A stretch of 63,950 bases of DNA, the filler included, from Conidiobolus incongruus B7586 (Eukaryota), in NCBI GenBank assembly GCA_000697335.1. It is 46 parts of 46 records of this genome, joined end to end, with 100 filler letters (N's around TTAATTAATTAA, not from the genome) between each part and the next. Parts side by side here need not be neighbours in the genome. Positions count along the whole stretch, not along the records: positions 43,387 to 44,395 come from JNEM01002506.1; positions 44,496 to 45,500 come from JNEM01002507.1; positions 45,601 to 46,633 come from JNEM01003504.1; positions 46,734 to 49,622 come from JNEM01003533.1; positions 49,723 to 54,099 come from JNEM01003545.1; positions 54,200 to 55,831 come from JNEM01003552.1; positions 55,932 to 56,932 come from JNEM01003553.1; 39 more parts are not named here. One strand, written 5' to 3'. Each line of letters starts with the position of its first letter. The stretch's first letter is position 1. Position numbers and translations under genes: made by a program. A model generated the notes under the pieces. That model had not been told where the DNA came from, searched no databases, and saw only the letters and a list, made by a program, of their open reading frames with translations. Positions 43,551-56,469 of this stretch are shown piece by piece.

Positions 43551-43956
43551 TATTATATAGATATTAATAAAAGATTATCAATATAATATAAAGAAAAAGT
43601 TGATATAAAGGTAGTGTGGCACAGAATGTGGTAATATAATATGAAATATAATGTGAATATATAAATAAAGTTTAATTAAGCTTTAAACTAGGATGAGTCA
43701 CTTATATAATAATATTTATATTAAATAATACCAATATATTATAATATTGATAAAATATAGTCTTAATCTTAGAAATAGTTAAAAAGATAAAAAATAATAA
43801 GAAATGAGAGGAAAAAAAGAAACCTAGTTTATTAAATAATTTGATGCTATTTATATAATTAATTTAGCTATAGAAATATAAATTAATTATATAATTTATA
43901 GTTAATTGAATTATAAAGAAATATATATTAGAATTAAAAGAATTAGTCTCTTAATA
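43551..43956 (-). mobile_element. Family C LTR, third copy
   Basis: Aligns with 31252-31656 (gtggcacagaatgtgg, ggatgagtcact, aacctagtttatta). Confidence 0.7.
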
Positions 43957-44529
43957 CTTATTATACCTATTTTAAAAAATATCATAAAATTAAAGCATAT
44001 CATAATAAAGACAACTAAATCTAAAAAAATATTATAAACTAAAAATTTTTGTTATTATTATAATTCTATTAATTTTATTTACTTATTTTATTTTTTTTAT
44101 CTATTTAATCTTATTTTTTGTTTTATTATTTTTGAACTCTCACTATCATATATATAATAAAATAAGAACTATTGTCAAATAAATAAGGATTTTTTTATAT
44201 TGTTTATATTAGAATAATTTTTCTATATTAATTTTATTAAAATTTTAAATTAAAATTAAAATTAAAAATAATATTAATTTTATATTAAAGTCTCCCTTTA
44301 CATTTTTGTTCTTATTTGAATATATGGTTATTTTTTATCATTACTTATTATATTTATAATACTAGTTAAAATAACTTTCATAAAGGATAAATAAANNNNN
44401 NNNNNNNNNNNNNNNNNNNNNNNNNNNNNNNNNNNNNNNTTAATTAATTAANNNNNNNNNNNNNNNNNNNNNNNNNNNNNNNNNNNNNNNNNNNNATTAT
44501 TATATATATTATATATATATATATATATA

Positions 44530-45454
44530 GATATTACTTATTTCTTAAAAAACACCTTTAACTAAAGAAATCCCATTATAAAATTAGATAAGAGTTTAAA
44601 TATCATCATTAATATTAAATTAAAACTAGTTAGGGTAAGGTTATTTAGTTTAATAAAACAAAAATATATTTTAATGGATTTAATAAAAAAGCTAGATATT
44701 TTAAAAAAGATACAAAACTACTTAATGATTATTATGTTAATTTTACTTAAAAATATAATAATGGGTTAATTATTATTTAAGGATATATATTGTTGTTAGA
44801 TATAAAGTATCTTTATAAAGTTAATAGGGGAATTAATATTAAAATATATTAAAGTATACTAAATAATAAATTAAAAAAACCATTATATAATATAGGTTAA
44901 ACAAATCTAATATTATTCTTTAGTAAGATAATACCTTTTGTTATATTATAACTTTTATTACCAAATAGCTTAAAAATAACAAAATAATAGTTATAATATA
45001 ATTTCTTTAATTTTTTAGCTTTAATCTAATTAAATATCTTTAGGATTAGTTAAAAAAAGCTATTAAAGTTTTCCCCTTAATAAAAAATTTAAATCAGCTT
45101 TTAAATTATATTTAAGAAGTATAGAGTAATGCTAACCTTTTTTAATATAAGAAGTTAATTGACTCTATACCCCTATAAACATAAAGAAGTTAGAAAATCT
45201 AAAGATAAATATACTAAGTTTTAATTCTTTTTTATTATCAAAAACCTACAAATTTATAACTCACCTTAGGTAAAATTTAAAAGTTTATATTTAAACTAAT
45301 TGATAACTAAATATCATCATTAAATGATATATATTATTATTAAATATAATAGATATTAATTATTTAATTTAGATTTATTTTATTAAATATTAATTGAGTT
45401 ATTAGTAAATAAATAAGTGTTTTTGATTTTATAACTTATTTTTATAGGTTAGTA
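44530..45454 (+). mobile_element. Degenerate Tc1-like (DD34E) copy with full right TIR
   Basis: Right TIR 45241-45454 is the inverted match of the left TIR at 60255-60467; followed by TA. Confidence 0.92.
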
Positions 45455-45600
45455 TATTTATATATATATATAGTTTATAATAAAACTTTTGAATAAATAA
45501 NNNNNNNNNNNNNNNNNNNNNNNNNNNNNNNNNNNNNNNNNNNNTTAATTAATTAANNNNNNNNNNNNNNNNNNNNNNNNNNNNNNNNNNNNNNNNNNNN

Positions 45601-45884
45601 ATATAATAACCACCGGCGCAAATCCCCAGCACTTGACCACCATTAGTCACATAATTCAAAATTTTTTGGTTACCAATTCCTTTTAATTGATCACAATATG
45701 GCAAGTCGCGACCTCCTGGAATCACCAATAGACTAGTAAATTCTTCCCAAGGCTCTTCCTTAATAGCTTTGGGTTCAATAGTACGAATGGAATAGTTTTG
45801 ACTCAAATATTTGTTTAAAAAGGTGGACGTAGCACTGACAAATGCTGGCGATGCACCGGGGCCGTCGTAAATCAAGATATTCAT
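45601..45884 (-). CDS. BPL1: Biotin-protein ligase, N-terminal BPL_N domain (5' part, truncated by contig end)
   Basis: MNILIYDGPGAS...EPWEEFTSLLVIPGGRDLPYC...GGQVLGICAGGYY is the characteristic fungal Bpl1 N-terminus; ATG at 45884. Confidence 0.9.
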
Positions 45885-46172
45885 CGGATTGAATTTGTAA
45901 TCAATATAAGGTAGATATGATAGTGTTCTAATTAATCGTAATGGCTTAAATCGGGCAGTTAGTTTGAAATAGCCTAAAGGCATAAAATAGTTAATTGATG
46001 AATGATAAAATATATGCTATTTAAATATATTATGAATTGGCTAATTATATAGATTCTTCAATTTAAATTTTCATATTGTGGTAACAATTGTTATATAAAT
46101 TTTTGAATTATGGTCACATGATATATCTATCAAATAAATGAAAAAAATTAAAATATACACCATTAAAGGAAG

Positions 46173-46244
46173 TGCGCCAGCTGGGAATCGAACCCAGACC
46201 ACTTGCTTGGAAGGCGAGTATTCTAACCATTATACTACTGGCGC
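46173..46244 (-). tRNA. tRNA-Gly (anticodon TCC)
   Basis: GCGCCAG/CTGGCGC acceptor stem, TAGTATAATGG A-box, CT-TCC-AA anticodon loop, GGTTCGATTCC B-box, downstream T-run. Confidence 0.93.
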
Positions 46245-46441
46245 CTGTGTAATGTTGCGGAAAAGCATAATTAAATCATATGTTCATGAATTCACAATAC
46301 CATAATTTGTGTTTTTTGTTTTTTTTATATCCACTATTATTTAAATGTTTTAACCATTACACCATCATTTACACCGTCAGGGAATTTATTCCTAATAGAT
46401 TTTATACAGTAAATTATTATATAATTATTATTGTAAACATA

Positions 46442-46633
46442 ATGGCTGGAGGTGCTAAAGCTAAACGTGCCGCTAAAGGAAGTAAAAAGAATTCTGGAAC
46501 TAGCACTCCTACTGAAGGTTCCAATCCCGTTCCTGAGCTTAAAAAATTAACTTTAAACTATGATCGTAGTGCTACTGGTGTTTTAGCCTCCCAAGAAAAT
46601 TCTAGAGATATTAAAATTGAATCATTTACTCTA
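46442..46633 (+). CDS. ARB1: ABC-F family ATPase Arb1/ABCF2 (5' part, truncated)
   Basis: MAGGAKAKRAAK...DRSATGVLASQENSRDIKIESFTL matches the conserved R..TGVL.S...SRDIKI...SL N-terminal motif of ABCF2/Arb1. Confidence 0.85.
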
Positions 46634-46733
46634 NNNNNNNNNNNNNNNNNNNNNNNNNNNNNNNNNNNNNNNNNNNNTTAATTAATTAANNNNNNNNNNN
46701 NNNNNNNNNNNNNNNNNNNNNNNNNNNNNNNNN

Positions 46734-47013
46734 TGGAATGGGACATGAAAGAAACTGCTAAGGGCGGCCCTTTCAAAGAAATTTTAGAAGTTGATATCTT
46801 TATTAACTGTATTTATCTTTCTAAGAAGATTCCTCCTTTCTTGACCCCTGAATTACTTGAAGATAATCAACGCAAATTATCTGTTGTAGTTGATGTCAGC
46901 TGTGACTACACTTCTCCCTATAATCCCATTCCCATTTACCACCAGGGAACCACATTTGATCATCCTACAGTTGTTGTTCCTACTCAAAAAGGACCTAGAC
47001 TTGAAGTCATTGC
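46734..47013 (+). repeat. 280-bp direct repeat, identical to 49343-49622 (period 2609 bp)
   Basis: Contig starts and ends with the same LYS1 coding segment tggaatgggacatg...gaagtcattgc. Confidence 0.95.
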
Positions 47014-47182
47014 CATTGACCATCTCCCTACTATGCTTCCTAGAGAATCCAGTCACCAATACTCTAGTGATCTCCTACCTACTCTCTTAACATTAAAGGA
47101 TCGTCACAACAACCCAGTATGGAAGAGAGCTGAAGCTTTATTCCATGAAAAAGCCAGTCTCGTATCCGGTTCCCAAAACTGA
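46734..47182 (+). CDS. LYS1: Saccharopine dehydrogenase (NAD+, L-lysine forming), 3' part
   Basis: EWDMKETAKGGPF, DIFINCIYLS, VDVSCD and AIDHLPTMLPRESS motifs; stop at 47180-47182. Confidence 0.95.
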
Positions 47183-48378
47183 GCTTCTGATTCATTTCCA
47201 ATTATACATATTTGATAAAATATACTATCATTTTATACTATATAATAGAAATTCAAAGCCATATTGAATAACTCATCTAATTTTAATTTTCGATTTCACT
47301 TGAATAATCGTACGATTTATGATTTTCAAGAATTTCTCACAGTTCCATGAATATTTTTGATATATCTGTATGTTTTCGTGATCATCAAAATTTATATCTG
47401 AAATACAACTACTTTAACAAATGAAATATTTTTATATTGCTTTCAATTGGATATAAAATTCATTTTTTTAATCATACATTCAATAAATCTTGTTTGAAAC
47501 TTTATTCAATATCAACCTGTATTCAACTATACAAAACAAAATATCAAATTCACCAATTTTAATTCAATATTGAATATTAAAAAGGTATTTTTAATAATAT
47601 TGACATTTTTTACGTGTAAATTTTAATTAAGGTTTCAAGTATTTTAATACTAAGTTTGTAATGACATATTAAATCTTTAGATGTTAGTTCTATAATATTG
47701 AAAATTATATTTTGCTCATTTTATTAAATTATTGGTGATAATATCATTTTTCAGCTAATTTTTGTTAAATATATTGTATCAAGAATACTATCACCCTATA
47801 CAAAATGGCAAAATCCACACAATATATTTAGCAAGAATTTTATATTATATTAATATTCGAAATATATATATATATATCAACCTTAATTATTCAAAATAAT
47901 ATATCAATTTTGAATTTAAAAGTTATAAACTTAAATTTTAATACTGCTATATAACTAGTTAAAACAATCTGGAGTATATTAAAAATTGTATATTAATTGT
48001 AAAATTTGAAAAATGTAGACTGTTATCCAATCAAACAATTTAATATAGTTTCTAGTCAATTGAGCATATATTTGAAATAAAAGAATTTTTCTGATAGATT
48101 TACTTTTGAACAAATTCTACCGGAAAATATAGTAATATCGGCTAAATTGTTTTTTGTTTTAATCAGTAAATAGTTTTTTGAAATTACCATTAAAAATATA
48201 TAATTACTAGCATTTGAATTATTAATATTTTGATTTTTATTAAAGTATTCTCATAATATAGACGGAATAACTAACAACAGAGAAAAAATAAATATATCTA
48301 AACTCTCCAAAGTATATATAATCCAATAGGAATAATAACAGAAGGAGCACAAATTAACGTGACTTTATATTAAGGATA

Positions 48379-48387
48379 ATGAGTCAC
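48379..48387 (+). promoter_or_regulatory. Gcn4/CpcA-type site ATGAGTCAC upstream of LYS1
   Basis: Perfect RTGASTCAY about 175 bp before the ATG of an amino-acid biosynthetic gene; a half-site-like GTGACTT lies at ~48359. Confidence 0.55.
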
Positions 48388-48560
48388 ATTTCATCCTATT
48401 GATCCATTTTGATTAAAATCGAATGATATAAACATCCATTTAATAATTGAAGCCACTTTCTAGTGGATATCAAGGTTGATTATAAAAAGAAACTACAGTT
48501 CAATAATATACTGAATTAATAAAAACAATTTATAATTTAACTAATTAACCATAAAATACA

Positions 48561-49622
48561 ATGAGTCAAAAATCTGTTCATCTTTGGTTACGTCATGAAG
48601 TTAAGCCTAATGAACATAGAGCTGCTCTCTCTCCAGAGGTTGCTAAAAAATTGTTGGAAAATGGTTGGTTCATAAATTCAATTTCGATCCATCATTGAAC
48701 TAATTTCAAATTTTAGGCTTTAGAGTAACTGTTGAAAGAAGTCCTGCTAGATTTTTTAAGGATGAAGAATATGAAAAGTAAGTGTTAAATGGATTAAGTA
48801 TTAATATATCATTTCTAATAATTGCAACAGAGTTGGCTGTACACTTGTCGATGCTAATTCATGGCCTCAAGCTCCCATGAGTGCCATTATTATTGGACTT
48901 AAGGAACTCCCAGAAGAACCAGCTACTCCACTTGCTCATACCCACATCTATTTCGCACACTGTTTCAAGGAACAGACCGGTTGGAAAGAATTATTACGTA
49001 GATTCATTGTTGGAAAAGGGACCATTTTAGATTTAGAATTTTTGACTGATGACAATGGAAGACGTGTTGCTGCCTTTGGCTATCATGCTGGATTCAACGG
49101 TGCTGCCGCTGGTTTAGATCTCTGGTGCCACAACCGTAATAACCCAGGTATACCCTACCCTAAGATTACCTCCTATCCTAATGAGAAAACTTTGATCAAG
49201 ACTATCAATGGAAGACTTGTTGAAGCAGTCAACAACAATAAAAACGTTTATCCCAAAGTAATGGTTATGGGAGCTCTTGGTCGTTGTGGTAAAGGTGCTG
49301 TTGACTTTTTGAAAGCTTCAGGAATTCCTCACTCTAATATCTTGGAATGGGACATGAAAGAAACTGCTAAGGGCGGCCCTTTCAAAGAAATTTTAGAAGT
49401 TGATATCTTTATTAACTGTATTTATCTTTCTAAGAAGATTCCTCCTTTCTTGACCCCTGAATTACTTGAAGATAATCAACGCAAATTATCTGTTGTAGTT
49501 GATGTCAGCTGTGACTACACTTCTCCCTATAATCCCATTCCCATTTACCACCAGGGAACCACATTTGATCATCCTACAGTTGTTGTTCCTACTCAAAAAG
49601 GACCTAGACTTGAAGTCATTGC
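48561..49622 (+). CDS. LYS1: Saccharopine dehydrogenase LYS1, 5' part; exons 48561-48663, 48717-48777, 48831-49622 (truncated)
   Basis: MSQKSVHLWLRHEVKPNEHRAALSP; two 53-nt GT-AG introns with CTAAT branch sites; GLKELP, FAHCFKEQ, RRVAAFGYHAGF and GALGRCGKGA motifs; joined through the repeat it gives 374 aa. Confidence 0.96.
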
Positions 49623-49722
49623 NNNNNNNNNNNNNNNNNNNNNNNNNNNNNNNNNNNNNNNNNNNNTTAATTAATTAANNNNNNNNNNNNNNNNNNNNNN
49701 NNNNNNNNNNNNNNNNNNNNNN

Positions 49723-49992
49723 CATGATCTTCATGACCTCATCCTTAAGGGTGGGGAGGAAGTAGTCGACAATTTGGTATTCCTTGATGGGGAGAGAGAA
49801 GAGGTAGATTTGTTCAATGTTCTTGATCTTGCCTTCCTTGACAAGACGACCCAACTTAGTAACGGGAACCCAGCTCTTTTCTTCATCACGGGCACCGCGA
49901 CGTCCGCGACCACCACGGCCACCACGTCCGCGACCACGGCCAAAGCCTCCACGTCCACCACGAGTTTCAGTAGGATTGGTAGAGTCCGCCAT
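49723..49992 (-). CDS. RPS2: 40S ribosomal protein S2 (uS5), 5' part, truncated
   Basis: RGG-rich N-terminus then [36 protein letters not shown]...[12 protein letters not shown] at 49992. Confidence 0.97.
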
Positions 49993-52900
49993 ATTTAATT
50001 TCAATCAAAGATTTTTGACTTTGTAAAGAAAGGGAGGTATTAAATGGAAATTTAAAATATTTTAAACCTTCCCAGTAAAATTTTGTAGAAGGCCCATAAA
50101 ATTTTCACAATTCCAATTTAGACCATTCTCAAGAGAAGAAATTCTCCAAATTATGGGATTTATTTTAATAAACACTTATATATAAGTATTAATTCTGACA
50201 TTGAATCATTAAATAAAATTCACTAAATTTTAAAATAATATTTATTATGATTTACTTGTATTTAAATTTATATCTGTTTATATTTTCATAATCAAATCGT
50301 AGAACGTGTATATAATATTTAAATAATTTCCTTTGTTTATTTTTTTTCGAAATGGAGTTTGTCTAAGCATAAATTACAATTTAATGTTTTTTTTAATAAT
50401 CTTAAGTTTTTTAATCGAATTAATACATTTTAATTCAATAATATCAATTTAAACTCTACAATTTTATTACACATAGATATCCCATATTTATATTCCTTTG
50501 TTATCTGTATTTTCACCTCTATCCAACCAATCACAATTCCATTGAAAATTTAATAACAAATTTGAAATTTTTTTATTAACAATATGAATTTAAGCTGATT
50601 AATCAAAAATAATAATTTGTTTTTCATTTAAGAGATAAAATGACAAGTTAGAACAAATAACAATATAATATAATATATTAATTAAATATATGAGTTTATT
50701 TTATTTAAGTTGATTAATAGAAATATATATATTATTATTAAACCATGTATACGCAAAATAAATAATTGATTAGAGATATTTCACATATTCATTATAATTA
50801 AAATTAAGGTTTAATTATTATATAGTGTTCCAGTTATTTCATGGACTAATATAATCAAATACTTTAAAATAGCAATATATTTCACAATTAAATTCTTTAT
50901 TTTTATATATTGATAAATTCGTCACATGGTTAAAAAGTTCTATTTTCCTACATCAAAAAATATACATTTTATATTTGATTGATTTAATATTTTTTTATAA
51001 AGTATTTAAAATATAAAATAAATAAAATATTGATTTTAAAGATATTTAAAAGAGAGAAGATAAGACAATCGGTCAAGGAATCATATCACATTCAAGTACA
51101 TTAATATGTTTAAAAAATTCAATACTCTTTTTATTAGATATCAAATCAAGATCAAAATAATATTAGAGAATAGTTAATTTATTTAAAATTGATTTTTGAA
51201 AAATGTCTTAATAAATGTTAGTCAAATAATAGTTTGATATAAAACTCATTAAATTGTTTTTAATCATTTAAATTATTTAATAATACTTAAAATATTGTAC
51301 TAAATTAGATTCAACAAAAAGTTATGAAAAATTAGCATTTATTGATTTTAATACACTGGAACTAATATATTTAAATTTTTATTAGTTATTATAATATTCA
51401 ATATCAAATAAAACTATATTATAAATATTTTTTCAATCAATATTTTAAGATATTAGATGAATATTACTGAATGGTACGATAAAATAAGGGTTAATAAAGA
51501 ACAATATTATAAAGTCAGGGATATTGTATTTTTAATAATACAATAATATCAATGACTGAATATTATTCGACTATGAAGACTCATCAAATAATGAGAGAGA
51601 TATTATCTCTTAAGTTTAAATTGATTCGATTTTACAATTATTATTGTTTCAAAAGTTATAACAAAAAATCATAGTTAATGTTTAGTAAAAATTTAAAATA
51701 TTATCATTTTAAGTATAAAACATTTTTTTATCGAATATAACTCATGTAGTATATTATTTGATAAATATATTTAAATACATTTTATTATTATATATATTCA
51801 CTGTAATTGATATCTCATCAATTTTAGTTTCAATATTTATAACTTTGAGCAATTTTTTTAAAATTGTTTACAAGATATATTGAAGCATATTTGTATAGTA
51901 TTTATTGCTTTATATTTAATTAATATCAACTTTCTATATTTATGTTTATAACTATATTTAATAATTTTATCTTATTTACACAAATTTAATATAATAAAAA
52001 TTGTGATGTAAAATAAAAATATAAATGATAAGATTAAAGTATTTTTAACAAAAATTTTTATTTTGAAACGTTTTTGAATATATTTGTTACTAAAGAAAAA
52101 TAATAATAGAGAATGTATTAATTTAAATGTACTTAATTTTATTATTTGTCCATAAGCATTCACCAGGTAAATTTCATATTAAATAAATTTTAATATATTA
52201 TAAAATCGCCTTTCAGATTTATTAGTATAATTGTTATATATTTGTAGATCAATAATAATAATTATTTATTTCATATAATGAAGTTTACAATAGAACTTTA
52301 TTTGAAAATATTGTCTTTTGATTATATTATGATATTAAAATTTATATTTAAAATAATGACTAAAAATATATAAAAATAATATCAATGAATTATACAATCT
52401 TGAATTTTTGATATTATCAAGTTGATTATAAATAAATTTTGTATATGAATGAGAATCTGATAAATATATTACAAATTTTGAAGATTTTTTATTTTATTAT
52501 TACTCTTGATTTTCCAATATTTTAAAGGCTCTTAAATACATTCAATATTTTTTATTATATAAAAATGATAAATATATAAATTATATTAAACAAATAGTTA
52601 AAAATAGTTTAATGGTTTTTTAAACATATATATTTGATATTTTATATATAATCTTATATATTTTTTCTGATTAAAATAATGCTAAATTATAATTAAAGAA
52701 TAATATTCATTATCATACTATTAAAATATACTTAATAAATAGAAAAATCTGTAAATGATAAACTAGATGAAAAATATATATCTATTATTCCATTATTTGA
52801 TAAATTTGTCAAATATATTTATTGATATTTAATGAGAGATTAAATTCTTTTATATATCTATTATATAACATCATATTTTGATAAAAAATTCATAATAATA

Positions 52901-53539
52901 ATAAATTATCAAAAATCAGTTTTATTCAATTATTATATATCAATTTCCAACTTATGAAACTTGGTGTTAATAATAATTTAAATAGTTATTTGACTTTCAA
53001 TTTTTCTTGATAATATTTATTAACTTAAATTAGGAAATCTCAATATAATTATATTCAGTATTAAATGATTTTATGAATTAATTATAAATTGAAACATCAT
53101 ACTCTATATTATACTAATCCTTCGATTACTCCATATATGCTCTATATCAATTTCAATTAATAAAATCGGGTTATTATTCCTTTAAATTGAAAATAATAAC
53201 TTTAATTTATTTATCATTTATATAATATTTTCTTATAAATATATTGACAGCATAATAAAGTTATTAAAATTTATTTTTCAATATATCCATTATTTGAACA
53301 ATAATATAATGCTTTTATTTTTACAGTATATAAATTAAAATTTGAAACAAAATTAATATAATAAAATTTTAGATTTGATATTTTTTGATATTAATTTTGG
53401 AAAAAAAATAATAAATTTTTTAATATCTGATTTTTCAAACATATTATCAATTATAAAAGATATATATACAATAAATACAAAAGAATTAATATTTTGAAAC
53501 TATATATATAATCATTAATATTTTTTATTAATTTATTTT

Positions 53540-54099
53540 TATTTTTAAAATTTGTTAACAAATTTTACTATATTTAAATTAAATAGTGATTTCCAAAAAC
53601 CTTGTATTTTAGTATTTTTAAAATATAACTATAAACCCTTTAAAATCATTCAAGATTTATAAGCAGCTTATAAAGATAATATTTTATCTAAAGCTACCAT
53701 TTATCATTAGATTTGCTAATTTTAAACTAAATAGGATATTATTTAATATTTATCAAAATTTAAAAAATTTATTTTCATTATTATTTTTTTAATTAAATAT
53801 AAATTATATCAAAAAATAGCTTTTCTTATTAACTAGAGGTTATCATAGTATCTTAATATTAATTATATAAGTAAATAATTTGAATTAAAATATATACTTG
53901 ATTTGATTTATTAAAATATAAAATAAAGATATATAATCTTAAAAATATTTATATATATTATATTAATTATAACTAAATAAAACCTTTCATATTAAATCAT
54001 CATAATTAATATATTTATTATTATTTTATATAACTTTTTATTCAGAACTAAAGTAAAATATCATATAAAGTTAATTTAACTTTTATATTATATTTCAAT
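53540..54099 (+). mobile_element. Mariner 5' fragment
   Basis: KPFKIIQDL*AAYKDNILSKATIYH*I matches the family N-terminal HTH. Confidence 0.8.
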
Positions 54100-55931
54100 N
54101 NNNNNNNNNNNNNNNNNNNNNNNNNNNNNNNNNNNNNNNNNNNTTAATTAATTAANNNNNNNNNNNNNNNNNNNNNNNNNNNNNNNNNNNNNNNNNNNNC
54201 GGAATAATGATGAGTGGTTTAAGTTGAATAGCGTGCAGATCTCCCGATCCGCGACAATATAAGAAGTATAAATATTAATATTCACATATTAGAAAATTGG
54301 TTTTATTGGTTATATAGTGAAAATTTCAAACATTATCAAATATTTAAAAATTGTATGTATATTATTTTTTGATAACTTTTTAAATAAAGATTTATTATAT
54401 TAAACAAAGTATCATATTTCAATTTCAATTCAATATCACGAAATATATGTTTGAAAATCATTATTGTACCTGTTTTTAATTTTTGCAACTCTTAAATCTG
54501 AATGATGGTTAAAAGATTAAATTATAAATAGGATACAAATTATAATATTAATCTCATCTTGAACAATGATTGTAAAAATATATAATAACAATATTTCAAG
54601 GTGAAAATGATAAAATCGATTAAATATGGATAATATTCAATTAATGTTTCAATAATGTCAAATCGTGATAAAATAGACAAGAAGAATTTTATATCGATAA
54701 TAAGATCTTTTAATCCAAGAATTGAAATTAAACATTAGAATTAAATTTATATTATGGAAGAAAATTATGAGTGATTCTAAATATGCCATTATCTGGCTTC
54801 GACTTGGGCCAGTTATCAATATAGCTTATTGTTTTGGTTTTGTGTTTTGATATATTGTATAATATATATTATTACAATTGCTTCAATAAGAATATACACA
54901 CATATATGAAATAGAACATCTATTCTTAAATTTACATGCAATACAATGAATTTGAATTAAAAAGGAAACTTTTTATAATTATTCTTTTATGATTTGTAAA
55001 TATATCACTTAATTTTTGGAATAAGTTATCAGCTTAGGTTTATTTGATAAATAGATAAAATAAATTATAACTATACGTATTATTCACTTAAATCACAATT
55101 TTAATGTATCAATGGAACTGCCTATATTTGATATTGGTTAAATAAAATTTTATTCAAATTAACTATTGCGATTGATAAAATCAAATATTCAATATATCAA
55201 TACCTGAACCTATCGACTATGAAAATAAAGCTATATTTGTTTGAATTATTAAACTCTCAAGTGATAAATTCTATATTTACAATATTATTACAAACTACGC
55301 TATAAGAACTGTATTAAAAACCTAATACTGAAATTAATTGTATATCTGAAAATTTACAACAAAATTTGTTATTATTCAATATATTTAATGATCTTAAATA
55401 ATTTTTATAAAATAAATCCCCAGATATTAAATAAAATCTGATCAATAATCAAATTTTAGTCAACTTTTCATTCATTATTATTTTTGAATATATGAACAAA
55501 ATGTTTAAATAATAGAATAAATAACATAACTTTTGAAAATTAAATGATGGATTTGGCCTTATTTGATATATTAGATATTGAGATTTTATGACAACTTCCA
55601 ACAAGAACTACAGAATTAGAAGAATTAAATGCAATGCTTTAAATATTAGATAATATCTAGCATTCAATGTAATATATATACATTTTAATGAATATAATTG
55701 TTGATTTTATAGCTTCATATTATTAGTATAGAAATTAAGAAATGGCAAATTTTTTAATTTCCAATCTTTCAAACATATTATATGTTTTGAAAGATTATAT
55801 ATATATAAAATATATAGGAAAATAAATATTTNNNNNNNNNNNNNNNNNNNNNNNNNNNNNNNNNNNNNNNNNNNNTTAATTAATTAANNNNNNNNNNNNN
55901 NNNNNNNNNNNNNNNNNNNNNNNNNNNNNNN

Positions 55932-56469
55932 AATAGAAGCATTTCTAAAATGCATGTATCTTATCAAATTGCTAAATTAAGAAGTGGAAAATTGATCAAT
56001 GAATTGGAAACTGATATTATGTGCCAAAGTTTCTTAGAAAATGTGGTCACTGATGAACAAATTATTGAAGTAACTCACAATCATAATTACATTGTACCAT
56101 GTCTAATTAATGTCATTTCATCTAGTTTTTAGCTCATGTCCCTCAAAATTTAGGAGGTTTAACACCTCTAACTGTGTGCTTATTCCATCCTAACAAAAAT
56201 ATCAGAAGCTACATTGTTCAATTTTTAAATCGACTTAATCAGCATCAGGTAATATAATCTAGAAATTAATACACTAATATACAGACACTTACTATCAATT
56301 CCATCTTCAATTATAGACTGGTGCTAGATTTATTCAAAATTTGAATTTATTCCACAAATTGGCTTATGAACGTCAATGCCTGAGTGCGGAACTGAATGGT
56401 CCAGATAATTTCAAAGGTCTTAAATCTTATCTCAATGCCTCTACAAGTTCAAAGCAGTCAGTTCAATAA
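55932..56469 (+). CDS. 3' end of Afi1/MesA-like (polarity, SPA/DENN-like) gene; exons <55932-56069, 56126-56248, 56317-56469
   Basis: Spliced product ...DEQIIE FLAHVPQNLGGLTPLTVCLFHPNKNIRSYIVQFLNRLNQHQ TGARFIQNLNLFHKLAYER... resembles the MesA/Afi1 C-terminus; GT-AG introns keep frame. Family assignment from memory of the motif. Confidence 0.65.

Noticed and set aside
1..45500. Mitochondrial, plastid or endosymbiont origin for the AT-rich contigs
   Set aside because: No organellar or bacterial genes or rRNA; the same transposon families occur on contigs with nuclear genes (53540, 60255).
45885..46441. Longer N-termini for BPL1 (from 45983) and ARB1 (from 46280) given by the ORF track
   Set aside because: Family similarity begins at MNILIY (45884) and MAGGAK (46442); the extensions are AT-rich upstream sequence.
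49731..50026. Three short ORFs overlapping RPS2 (and two overlapping LYS1 at 46877-47090)
   Set aside because: Shadow frames of GC-rich real coding sequence.
50098..50107. RRPE-like TGAAAATTTT upstream of RPS2
   Set aside because: Motif is too likely by chance at this AT content.
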